From: Promethearchaeati archaeon SRVP18_Atabeyarchaeia-1
GTDB lineage: Archaea > Asgardarchaeota > Atabeyarchaeia > Atabeyarchaeales > Atabeyarchaeaceae
Direction of reading: 5' to 3'
NCBI GenBank assembly: GCA_037308085.1
Contig: CP147779.1
Coordinates: forward strand, 1,984,001-2,048,000
DNA: 64,000 bases
This document shows positions 38,637 to 47,892 of this stretch, piece by piece (position 1 is the first letter of the stretch; every line of letters starts with the position of its first letter). A program made the translations under genes and the position numbers. The notes beneath the pieces are model-generated. The model was not told where the DNA came from. It did not search any database and was given only the letters and a program-made list of their open reading frames with translations.

Positions 38637-39755
38637 ATGTTGAAAAGTGATCCTGAAGATGTTTATCGTAAGCTGCGCAAGCACTTGGATGAGTTTCCGA
38701 TCGGTTTTCCTTCCACCAAGTCGGGTGTGGAAATCCGCCTTCTCAAGTACTTCTTTACGCCCGAGGAAGCGGAGATAGCGATGCGTCTCACTATTCTACC
38801 GCAAACGCTTGAGCAAATACACAAGCAACTTGAGAAGACAGGCCTTTCCATCGGCAAGTTAGAGCGCACCCTAGCTGAGATGGGGAGAAAGGGAAGCATA
38901 TACCTGGTGAAAGGCAGGGAAGGGAGCTACTACCTGAACGCGCAGCTCGCAATAGGAATGTATGAACATCAAGTAAACAGGCTTACCAAGGGATTCGTGG
39001 CGGACATGCACCAGTACTTTGACGAGTCTTTTGGAAAAGAAATAACGCGGCCCGGCAGCTCGCAGATGCGCATCATACCAGTAGACAAGAGTATCACCCC
39101 GGAGTACAAGGTTGAAACCTTCGAGAATCTAAAGAGTATTATTGAAGATTTCAGCGGGCCAATTAGCGTCGCTAACTGCATCTGCCGCCAAGGGAATGAT
39201 CTCATTGGGCAGCCATGCAAGCAAACCTCCCTCCGAGAATCCTGTCTCCAATTCGGATCCGCCGCACGAATGTACGTCGACGAAGGGCGCGGCCGGCTCA
39301 TAACAAAAGCGGAGACGCTGGAAATCTTGAAGAAGGCTCAAGAAGATGGGCTAGTCCTCGAAATGATGAATACGCTGAAACCAGCGGCCATATGCACCTG
39401 CTGCCGAGACTGCTGCGGGTACTTGACAACCGTCAAGAGACTTCCCCGCCCTGCCGAGTTCCTCCCGTCAAACTACTACGTGCAAGTCGACGCTGAGTCC
39501 TGCACAGGCTGCGAGACCTGCGTCAACGTATGCCCCATGGGCGCGCGAACCGTCAAGGATAACGTGTCGGAGGTCGACCTTGGGCGCTGCATCGGCTGCG
39601 GAGTATGCGTCCCCGCATGCACAGCAGGTGCCACCAAGCTGGTCAAGAAAGAGAAGATCATTGCCCCACCCAAGGACACATCTGCCATGTACATGGAGAT
39701 CCTGAAGAACAAGACGCAGATGAAGAGAATGGAAGCTAAGAAGGGAGACAATTAG
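38637..39755 (+). CDS. 4Fe-4S dicluster (ferredoxin) domain protein with N-terminal HTH
   Basis: CTGCETCVNVCP and CIGCGVCVPAC; CICR and ICTCCRDCC motifs. Confidence 0.85.
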   Translation: MLKSDPEDVYRKLRKHLDEFPIGFPSTKSGVEIRLLKYFFTPEEAEIAMRLTILPQTLEQIHKQLEKTGLSIGKLERTLAEMGRKGSIYLVKGREGSYYLNAQLAIGMYEHQVNRLTKGFVADMHQYFDESFGKEITRPGSSQMRIIPVDKSITPEYKVETFENLKSIIEDFSGPISVANCICRQGNDLIGQPCKQTSLRESCLQFGSAARMYVDEGRGRLITKAETLEILKKAQEDGLVLEMMNTLKPAAICTCCRDCCGYLTTVKRLPRPAEFLPSNYYVQVDAESCTGCETCVNVCPMGARTVKDNVSEVDLGRCIGCGVCVPACTAGATKLVKKEKIIAPPKDTSAMYMEILKNKTQMKRMEAKKGDN

Positions 39756-39928
39756 AGGCAAGTAAGAAGGCATCTCGCGGCTTCACCCATGATTTCAATG
39801 CATCTCAGAACAGCGAAGCTAGTCTTCTCGTCCTCAACAAAGCAATCATATTTCATTCCTTTGACGAAATTCAAAGCGCGTTTCATGTTCTCAAGGATGT
39901 CGCGGACGTAAATGGAGAGATCTCGCAT
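39752..39928 (-). pseudogene. Truncated HepT/DUF86 toxin (58 aa)
   Basis: MRDLSIYVRDILE...AVLRCIEIMGEAA, then a stop. No Rx4H motif. Coupled to the MNT gene by TGATG. Confidence 0.7.
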
Positions 39929-40224
39929 CATACTGTGACTTCCTCACTTAGGATTCTGCTTCGCAGCTCAGGTCTAATATCTGCCCTGGGAATGAGGTCA
40001 ACCTTAACACCCAGAAGATCTGAGAGATAATTCTCAAGGCTTACTAGCTTGAGAAGGCTGACTGGCTCCTCGAACTCCACCAGAACATCGAGATCGCTTC
40101 CACTCTTCTGCTCTCCTCTCACATAAGAGCCGAAAATCCCGACGGACTTGACTTTGAACTCCTTCCTGAGAACAGGAAGAATTTCTCTGAGCCTCCTCTT
40201 CGCGACTTCAATGTCTACAAGCAT
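39928..40224 (-). CDS. Minimal nucleotidyltransferase (MntA antitoxin)
   Basis: GIFGSYVRGEQKSGSDLDVLVEF...LLGVKVDL. Confidence 0.88.
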   Translation of the reverse strand: MLVDIEVAKRRLREILPVLRKEFKVKSVGIFGSYVRGEQKSGSDLDVLVEFEEPVSLLKLVSLENYLSDLLGVKVDLIPRADIRPELRSRILSEEVTV

Positions 40225-40581
40225 AACGTCTACCCACCACGTTACAGTGGCAATGACGACCGGGTGCGCCAGAACACATGCTCTCCTATCGTCAATGCTC
40301 CTTATTTTAATTCCTGTTGAAATCTTCGTCCTTTCCTTGCTCATCCTGACTTAACCAAAGGGAAAAATTCGGAAGGAGCTCCCTCGAAAAATGTACGAAG
40401 GAGATGTTGGCCGATCCGCTTGTCACGGACTTGGAGGAGCAGGAAACCCGCGAAGGAAGCAGCTTCACAGTTGGATTCCTCAAAGATGCATGCTCTACCC
40501 TTCGTTGCATCGGTCGGTAATAGAATTGAGCGCGGCAACTCCTTGAGCCGACTTTCCCTCCTTAGCTACCGGCCGCCCTCT

Positions 40582-41322
40582 TCAGCACCGCCAGTCCATC
40601 CTCTTCTGCATCGCCGGCGTTCCCCTGGAGTCTAGCCTCGTTTTCACAACTCTGTCAATTACCTCGTCAACGTTGTCCTTGATCAGAGAGCCGTGTGACG
40701 GTGCGATCATCTTGATATTCTTCTTCCCGAGGGGGGCCAGGTATTTCTTGATGTTCTCCTTGCTGTATCCGAGGCCTTCATGGAGAACCATGATGTCGTG
40801 GACGAGCCTTTCGGTTGGCGATCCCGCTGCCTGCGCCGCCTTTTTCTGGCCCAGCTGCCCGAAGTAGTCTCCAGAGAAGAGGATCCCATCAGGCTGCAGC
40901 AGGTAGACGACGGTCCCAGTCGTCTCTATGGGGGCGTAGATGACTTCCATCCTCCGGCTGCCAAGCGGGATCGTTTCTCCGCCGTTTACCGGCGTTATTC
41001 CTCTAACCACCCCCATGAAGCCGAGCTGAACCTTGAGGAAGTTGTGTGCAACGACGCTGGCATTGTATGCCTCTGACACGTATTCCGGGAGCCCCCCAAG
41101 GTGATCAAGGTGCTCATGGGTAATCATTATGTGGGATGTTGATTCGAGGGAAACCATGTCGCCAATCAAGCGGAGAAACCCGTTCGCCAAGTAGGGCGTC
41201 CCCGTCTCGATCAGCACAGGGGCCTTGCCGGCTATAAGGAAGGAGGATACGGAGATCGAGTTCTCCGGCAGATACTCGGTTAGCCCAAATACGCCGTCGG
41301 CGATCTCGTAGATGTCAACCAT
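40582..41322 (-). CDS. Metallo-beta-lactamase-fold protein (FprA/ODP-like di-iron domain)
   Basis: THEHLDHLGG, ILFSGDYFG, MIAPSHG. Confidence 0.75.
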   Translation of the reverse strand: MVDIYEIADGVFGLTEYLPENSISVSSFLIAGKAPVLIETGTPYLANGFLRLIGDMVSLESTSHIMITHEHLDHLGGLPEYVSEAYNASVVAHNFLKVQLGFMGVVRGITPVNGGETIPLGSRRMEVIYAPIETTGTVVYLLQPDGILFSGDYFGQLGQKKAAQAAGSPTERLVHDIMVLHEGLGYSKENIKKYLAPLGKKNIKMIAPSHGSLIKDNVDEVIDRVVKTRLDSRGTPAMQKRMDWRC

Positions 41323-41335
41323 GCTTGCCGCCGCC

Positions 41336-41752
41336 TCAGATGTAGCTGATCTGAGAGTACTTGCCGTTCACCTCATTTATCTCCCCTTCAAGCGCGTTGA
41401 GTTCTTCCTTTATCATGTCGAAGAGTTCCGGTGTGCTGCCGTTTATCTCCGTTTCACCGATCTTCTCTTCGATGATCTTGACGTACTTCTTGGCGAGCTG
41501 CTTGGCCACAGCCACGTTGACTCTCGAGATCGCGGCGAGCATGAGCCTTCGGCCCACCGCCAAGCTGATCTGGTTTCTGCCAGTGACCACCTGCTCAATC
41601 GACTCGCTTAGAACGCTCAATGTAAATGATCGGATGGCACTTAGGGCGGAGACCGCTAGCTCTGACTTGGCTCCGGGCGGTGCCCCGAAGAACCTGTCGG
41701 CAATCAGAAGACCCTCCTTTGTCCCCAGAATATAGCCGAAAATCATCGACAT
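41336..41752 (-). CDS. Longin/roadblock-like small protein
   Basis: GYILGTKEGLLIADR...LAVSALSAIRSF...IEQVVTG pattern. Confidence 0.5.
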   Translation of the reverse strand: MSMIFGYILGTKEGLLIADRFFGAPPGAKSELAVSALSAIRSFTLSVLSESIEQVVTGRNQISLAVGRRLMLAAISRVNVAVAKQLAKKYVKIIEEKIGETEINGSTPELFDMIKEELNALEGEINEVNGKYSQISYI

Positions 41753-41959
41753 CTCGAGAACACCACTTGAGGCGAACTCCCTCTCTCTTACCGAGTGAAG
41801 AGCTTCACTTGCCCCTAAAGCTTTTCTCCTCACGTCCTCCTTGGCGCCGCATTGAGAGAGTGATGCCATGATGAAGCGTATATGCAACAAGCTCTCACGA
41901 ACCCCGAGGTTTCTCTTGGGCATAAGAGAGATATATGCGGGAGGCGCGTAGTCAATTAC

Positions 41960-42811
41960 ATGTCGGTGAGACTGTCATTCGTCTTGAGGGGTAATTCAAG
42001 TATCCGCCAGCTAATGGATGTTTTTCGTGCCCAGTTCCACAAGGAAATACGGTTCAGGAAGGTCACCAAGTACGTCTTTGAGTCGGAGAAGACGTACCTG
42101 CTCATAGCGGAAAGAGAGAACTTCGCCGCCGCTGTCCTTCTTCAGCAAGACGGAGGCTCTTGGAGAGCACTGATTTCCCCGCAGCGCGTTTGGAACGAGG
42201 AAGTGTCTTTCTATCGGGGTGAAGAGTCTATCTTGGCCGAGCTCAAGACCTTCTTCACCCAGAAGTGTGCAGACATGATAACCGTAGTGAGCGCATGGAC
42301 GAGCAGCGATGAGAAGGAAGAACCACGTCAATCTGAGGATGACGATGTTACCCCCCTCTACTCGGAAATCAGCGAAGAGGGCACCATGACACGCTGCCCA
42401 AAGTGTGGAGCCGCGGAGATCATATTTCCCAACCAACGTAAGTGCTCGAAGTGCGGCACCGAGATAGTGAGAAAAGGCAGCTACCCAGAACCAGATGAGG
42501 CGGAGGAAGAAGCTGGCCCGCCTCCCACGGTTGTCCAATCTAAAGGCGCGGAGGTTGGCAAGTGCATGGTCTGTGGCATGGGCATCCATCAAGGCGAACC
42601 CCTCGCGTGTTGCCCGAGCTGCGGAGGCAGGGCGCACCGCGTACACCTGCTGGAGTTCGTTCACGTGAAGGGGGAATGCCCTTCCTGCCACAATCACATA
42701 GTAGAGGAAGACATAGCAGAACGAGTTTCGCATCAAGAAGTCGCAGGGAGCGCGTCTAACCGGAGAACACGCGTGAAAGCTGGATTCCCCAAGAAAAGCG
42801 GCGCCGAATAG
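41960..42811 (+). CDS. Zn-ribbon plus RING-like domain protein
   Basis: CPKC...CSKC; CMVC-x12-CPSC-x4-H-x2-H-x10-CPSC. Confidence 0.75.
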   Translation: MSVRLSFVLRGNSSIRQLMDVFRAQFHKEIRFRKVTKYVFESEKTYLLIAERENFAAAVLLQQDGGSWRALISPQRVWNEEVSFYRGEESILAELKTFFTQKCADMITVVSAWTSSDEKEEPRQSEDDDVTPLYSEISEEGTMTRCPKCGAAEIIFPNQRKCSKCGTEIVRKGSYPEPDEAEEEAGPPPTVVQSKGAEVGKCMVCGMGIHQGEPLACCPSCGGRAHRVHLLEFVHVKGECPSCHNHIVEEDIAERVSHQEVAGSASNRRTRVKAGFPKKSGAE

Positions 42812-42879
42812 GGGGGATCCGTCAACAATAGGGGGCCCGCTCTACTTCAAGTAGGGCAGCTTGCCGGAATAGGGGATGT

Positions 42880-44214
42880 CTACTCATAGTCTTGCTCATT
42901 AAGGGCCCTTCCACATGCTGGACAGGTCTTGTTGCTGCGAATCCAATCTATGAGGTGCTGTCTATGCGCTAGTTTTCCGCAGTGGGGGCACCACACCACG
43001 TCGTCCCGCTGCCCGAGCTCGCCGCCACAGACCGTGCAGGCCTCTGTCACCTCTGCCTTGAGAGACGTGCTCCTCTTGATCTTTACCTGAAGGCTTTTCG
43101 CGGGAGCGGCCACCACCCTCGGCTCTGAGGGAATCTTCGCGCCGCAGTACGGGCAGAACTCGGGGCTTGGTGTCTTGAGGGTGGCGCCGCAACTGGGACA
43201 TCGGGCTGCTGGTCTCTGCCCAGTCTCTGTGGGTTTTTCCCTTGACCCCACGCGTTGACTCTGAAGTGGCTTCTGCGGAATACTCACCAGAAAACCGCTG
43301 CGCTTCTCCAGCTGCTGGGGAGGGAGAACCTTGTCGCCTACTGGGCTATCAACAACCCTTATGGTTGCAGTTGCTGCAACGTCTTCCCCCATAGATATAT
43401 CCAAGTTCGCCGTGAGGATGCACCTGAGGTTGAAGAGAGTTCTCTCGAAAGTCAATGGGGCGTCTTTGGGTATTGGAATACTGAAGGAGTTCTCGCCCTT
43501 GAGCACCCTGCTCCCCAAGGGTATTACGACGTCCTGTTCCACCAGATCAGTTTTGCCTTCATGGCCTTCGGCAACCGCGTTCTCAACCCATTTCAGCGAT
43601 ATGTCGATCTTTCTCAGGCTCTTCGTGCCCGGGTTCCTGAAGGCGCAACTGCCGCCGAGAACACTCCCTCTCTCGCATTCGAGCCCGCCCAGGCGGAGGC
43701 GGAGACCGGCGCTCGACTCTTCGCTCCAGAGGTCCGAGCTTACTTCAACTGGCCCAGAGGCCAGTGCTGGCTCCTGAAGGCTTGAGACTACGGTAATCTC
43801 GAATAGGTCCCTGATGTCGAATGCATTGGGGATATCGATCTTCGCGGCTATCCCATAGGTGATCTTAGCTTTAGTCCCTTCGTAGGTCCCCGGAAGCGTT
43901 TCGGGGAGTACGAACCTAAAGGGAATGGTGTAGTCCCCGGGCTCCAGCTTTCCTTTCCCGTTCACCGGCAGAGGCAACATGGACTCTTGGTGCAGAAACT
44001 CGGACTCCTCTCTCGCCTTAGCCCTGTTCTTTCCTGCCTGGTATTCCACCTCTGTTCTCTCCTTGCCTATCAGTGCCAGCATAGAACTTCTTTGAGAGGT
44101 AGACTTGTTCAGCGATACGTGCAGGAAGCCGCTTACCTCGTCACCAGGAACGTAGATTACCTTCTGAAGATCTATCCCCATTTCACTCATGGAGTTATCC
44201 CCCTGCCTCTTCAA
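42880..44214 (-). CDS. Arrestin-fold / Zn-ribbon / RING-like fusion, paralogue A
   Basis: IYVPGDEVSG, IPFRFVLPETLPGTYEG...ITYGIAAKID; CPSC..CPYC; CTVC-x12-CPHC-x4-HRQH-LIDW-x6-CPAC. Confidence 0.8.
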   Translation of the reverse strand: MKRQGDNSMSEMGIDLQKVIYVPGDEVSGFLHVSLNKSTSQRSSMLALIGKERTEVEYQAGKNRAKAREESEFLHQESMLPLPVNGKGKLEPGDYTIPFRFVLPETLPGTYEGTKAKITYGIAAKIDIPNAFDIRDLFEITVVSSLQEPALASGPVEVSSDLWSEESSAGLRLRLGGLECERGSVLGGSCAFRNPGTKSLRKIDISLKWVENAVAEGHEGKTDLVEQDVVIPLGSRVLKGENSFSIPIPKDAPLTFERTLFNLRCILTANLDISMGEDVAATATIRVVDSPVGDKVLPPQQLEKRSGFLVSIPQKPLQSQRVGSREKPTETGQRPAARCPSCGATLKTPSPEFCPYCGAKIPSEPRVVAAPAKSLQVKIKRSTSLKAEVTEACTVCGGELGQRDDVVWCPHCGKLAHRQHLIDWIRSNKTCPACGRALNEQDYE

Positions 44215-44384
44215 TATGTGTGGATTCGTCCCGCTTGGTTGAAAGCGCGCCAGAGCTTATGCGTCTCAAATCTAGTAGCCATCACACATATATATCCCGG
44301 TTCGGTTCAACCCCCACGGCGTCGGGGCTCGCCAAGGATCAGGTGCGCACATGGTGGAAAGCTCGGTTCTCGCCGATTAGCCTC

Positions 44385-45779
44385 CTACCTGTAGTCCGCC
44401 TCCTCCAAGCTCTTCCCGCAGGCGGGGCAGCTCTTACTGCCAGCGATCCACTCAAGGAGATGCCCTCTATGCGCGAGTCTGCCGCAGTGGGGGCACCAAA
44501 CAACATCATCGCCCTGGCCGAGCTGACCGCCGCAGACTGTGCAGGCTTCTAACCCCTGCGCCTTGGGGGGAGCGGTTCTCCTAACTCTCACCTCTGTGGC
44601 CTCCGCCACAGCAGGCGCTTCCCTCGGTCCTGCCAGGAGCCTCGCACCACAGTACGGGCAGTAGCTGGCGTTGGGTGTCCTCAGGTTGGCGCCACAGTCG
44701 GGGCACTGCACCACTGGTCCTGGCACAGTCCCAGGTAGACTCACCGGGCGACCTGCATATGTATTTTGATATGCCTTCTCGGAGGGCTTCTCCGAGGCAC
44801 CGTAACTCTCAGCCGGGGAGTAAGGCATGGCTTTCCCACGCTCCACGTACCCGAAGATCCTGATGGGCTGATCCGCCGCCACGTCCGACGCCCAGGCCAC
44901 GTCGAGGTCTGTTCTCAGAACACACGTTACGCTTGCGAGGGGCGACTCGAAGGTTAGCGGAGCATCCTGGGGTATCGGGATACTGAAGGGGCTCTCACCT
45001 TTCGGCAGCTTGCCTCCAAGGGGCACCTCAGCAGCCTGCTTCATTACGTCGGTTGTCACAGTATGGCCTTGGGCATTCGCTGTCTCAACCCACCTCATTT
45101 CCACCCCGATCTTCCTCAGGCTCTTGGAGTCAGGATTCCTGAAGGCGCACCTCCCACTCAAGACTTCCCCCTGCCCATATTCACAGCGATCCAGCCTGAA
45201 GCTGATGCCGGGGCTCTCCGGGCTTCCCCAGTTGGCTGAGCAGGCATCGACCGGCCTAGGCGCGGAGACCTGGGCCCCTGTGAGAACATCAAACTCACAC
45301 GACTCGTTAACGTCAGACCCCATGGGCACATCGATCTTCGCGGTGATCACATACGTGATTCTCGCGTGGTTGCCCCTATACGTTGCCGGCAGACCTTGCG
45401 AAAGCGTGAATCTGAAGGGGAACTTGTAGGTCCCAGATAGGGCGCGCCCCTTCTCGTCAGGAGGCAGAGGCAAAGGGCTATCTTGGCGCAGGAACTCGGA
45501 CTCTTCAACCGCAGTTCGATGCTCCATCGTCGAGCCTCCTCCAAAGGTTGAGCGCCCCCCAAAGGTTGAACGCGCACCGAATCCCCGATGCCCCGTGACG
45601 TGTACCGTGGTGGTGTAACTGACCTCGGTCCTCACCTTCCCCAGCAATTGCAGCAAGGCGCTTTTAAATGAGACTGGTTTATCCAACGAAACGAGTACGT
45701 TGCCGCTTACCTCTTCACCAGGGAGGTAAGCCTTCTTCGGAAGATCTATCCTCATATCCCCCATACGCTGACCATCCAT
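44385..45779 (-). CDS. Arrestin-fold / Zn-ribbon / RING-like fusion, paralogue B
   Basis: AYLPGEEVSG, FPFRFTLSQGLPATYRG; same C-terminal Zn ribbon and RING pattern. Confidence 0.8.
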   Translation of the reverse strand: MDGQRMGDMRIDLPKKAYLPGEEVSGNVLVSLDKPVSFKSALLQLLGKVRTEVSYTTTVHVTGHRGFGARSTFGGRSTFGGGSTMEHRTAVEESEFLRQDSPLPLPPDEKGRALSGTYKFPFRFTLSQGLPATYRGNHARITYVITAKIDVPMGSDVNESCEFDVLTGAQVSAPRPVDACSANWGSPESPGISFRLDRCEYGQGEVLSGRCAFRNPDSKSLRKIGVEMRWVETANAQGHTVTTDVMKQAAEVPLGGKLPKGESPFSIPIPQDAPLTFESPLASVTCVLRTDLDVAWASDVAADQPIRIFGYVERGKAMPYSPAESYGASEKPSEKAYQNTYAGRPVSLPGTVPGPVVQCPDCGANLRTPNASYCPYCGARLLAGPREAPAVAEATEVRVRRTAPPKAQGLEACTVCGGQLGQGDDVVWCPHCGRLAHRGHLLEWIAGSKSCPACGKSLEEADYR

Positions 45780-46212
45780 GGCTCCTCACATTGAAGAGGT
45801 ATCCGATCTAACAAGTGGTACGGAAGCCCCTCGGTGAGCTACCAACGCCTTGAAGGGTGTTGGCTTCCTGGTTCATGGACCGAGCTCGCCTTAGCGCGTG
45901 GGGCACCGCTGAGGTTCCCCGGGTGCGCCAGGGTAGGGGCTTCGATCTCCGCAGGCGTAGATTCGGCACGCACCGTGCCTACCGCCCAGACAGATGCATC
46001 TTCCTCTATTTAAATCCGCCATCCATCCCGCACCCTTTAGGGCATGGGCTTTCTGACCCGCGTCGGCAATAAATCCTTTTGCGCCCTAACTACTATCCCG
46101 GCTCCCAGGGGGAACAGTGGCTGGGCCGGGAAGAACATAGGCGTACTACGGGACGGCGCGGCGCGCGAAGTGCGTGTGCGCCGAGAAGCACGGGTTGTGG
46201 CACCGCAGAGCC

Positions 46213-47514
46213 CTATCTGTAATCCTCCTCGTTGAGGCTCTTTCCGCAGGCAGGGCAGCTCCTGTTCCTGGCAATCCACTGCAGAAGGTGCTCCCTATGT
46301 GCCAGTTTACCGCAGTGGCGGCACCAGACTACGTCGTCGCGCTGGCCGAGTCCATAGCCGCAGACGGTGCAGATCTCCATCCCCACCACCTCTGAATCTT
46401 CGCTTTTCTCGGTGTTGACCTGCACGCCTCTTGCCATAGGAGTGACCTCTCTCGACTCTCCCCGGATTCTCGTGCCACAGTGTGTGCAGTAGTTGGCGTC
46501 CCTAGCTCTGAGAGAATTGCCACAGCTAGGGCACCTTGTGGCGGACATCCGCCCAGCCTCTGCGAGGTACTCGCCGCGATCTGATAAGTCAGACTCATCT
46601 GGTTTCTCCAGAATACCCTTTGCCGTAGCCTTCTCCCCGAATCTTGGATATGAGACTGCGCCTTCCCCGTATCCCTGGCTCGCGATGATTATTGTCTTTT
46701 GTGCTTCAACGTCGCTTCCCAGAGCGACGTCCAGTTTCGCGGCGAGGACGCATCTCACGCTTGATAGGGGCGATTTATAGGTCAGCGGGGCATCCTGGGG
46801 TATCGGGATGCTGAAGGGGCTCTCACCTTTCAAGAGCCTGCCTCGGAGCGGTACGTGAATGATCTCCTCCGCCACCTCAGCCCTTGCCTTGTGGTCCCCG
46901 GCCTTTGCTGCTTCGATCCATTTCAAGGTAAAGTCAAACTTCCTCAGGTTCTTGGAGCCTGGGTTCCTGAAGGCGCACCTCCCGCTCAGGACTTCCCCCC
47001 GCCCATATTCACAGCGATCCAGCCTGAAGTTGATCCCAGGGCTCTTGGGATCGTCCCAGGAGTCTGAGCAGGCGTTGGTCGGTTCGGACCGGAAAACCGG
47101 GAACCCCGAGGTAACCCCGAACTCACGCGAGTCTCCAATGTCGAACCCTAGAGGAACATCGATCTTGGCTGTTATCGTATACAGGATCTCGACATTCCTC
47201 CCCTTGTACGTTCCTGGGAGCCCTTCCGGGATCATGAATCTGAAGGGGATGTCATAGTCTCCTGCTCTGAACCTCCCTCCCTCGTCAGTTGGCAGAGCTA
47301 CCGGAAGTTCTCGGTAGAGGAACTCCCGCTCTTCGACCGCTGTGGCGGTGCTTTCCCCTGCTGAGTAAGTGACACTCGTTCTTTCCTTCCCCATCATGCA
47401 TATCGTGGCACTCCTGCTGGAAACTGGTTTATCTAGGAAAAGGTGCACGAAGCCGCCCACATCTTCCCCTGGATAGTGAAGTGACTTCTGAATATCTATC
47501 TGTGCTCTGCGCAC
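46213..47514 (-). CDS. Arrestin-fold / Zn-ribbon / RING-like fusion, paralogue C
   Basis: HYPGEDVGG, IPFRFMIPEGLPGTYKG; same C-terminal Zn ribbon and RING pattern. Confidence 0.8.
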   Translation of the reverse strand: MRRAQIDIQKSLHYPGEDVGGFVHLFLDKPVSSRSATICMMGKERTSVTYSAGESTATAVEEREFLYRELPVALPTDEGGRFRAGDYDIPFRFMIPEGLPGTYKGRNVEILYTITAKIDVPLGFDIGDSREFGVTSGFPVFRSEPTNACSDSWDDPKSPGINFRLDRCEYGRGEVLSGRCAFRNPGSKNLRKFDFTLKWIEAAKAGDHKARAEVAEEIIHVPLRGRLLKGESPFSIPIPQDAPLTYKSPLSSVRCVLAAKLDVALGSDVEAQKTIIIASQGYGEGAVSYPRFGEKATAKGILEKPDESDLSDRGEYLAEAGRMSATRCPSCGNSLRARDANYCTHCGTRIRGESREVTPMARGVQVNTEKSEDSEVVGMEICTVCGYGLGQRDDVVWCRHCGKLAHREHLLQWIARNRSCPACGKSLNEEDYR

Positions 47515-47892
47515 GGTTCTGCGCCTCCTGCCCGTCGCCTCATGTCATGTATCTAGCGATCTTGAGCATTTATCTGCTCCCCCTTAGGGTCAGCTCGGTT
47601 CTTTCATGGGCCGGACCTCATCAGCCGCAATAGGGAGCCAAGGCTAGCGCATAGTGCGCAATGATTACGAGGGCATGGCCTTCACCCGCAAGCCAAGGCT
47701 GGTTGTCAACTTGGATACGATCAGGCGAAGTGATAAGCCATTACTATCTCCACGGAAAAGTGAGGGCGCAAGCAGGCGGCTCTCGTGAGAGAGCGGGCGG
47801 GAGTCCGATGGTGTCGGATGACGACACGACTTAAATATGACCGTACGTAAAGGTTAAGATGGAGAGCCGCGGGCAACCTGGCTGGTTGCGCC

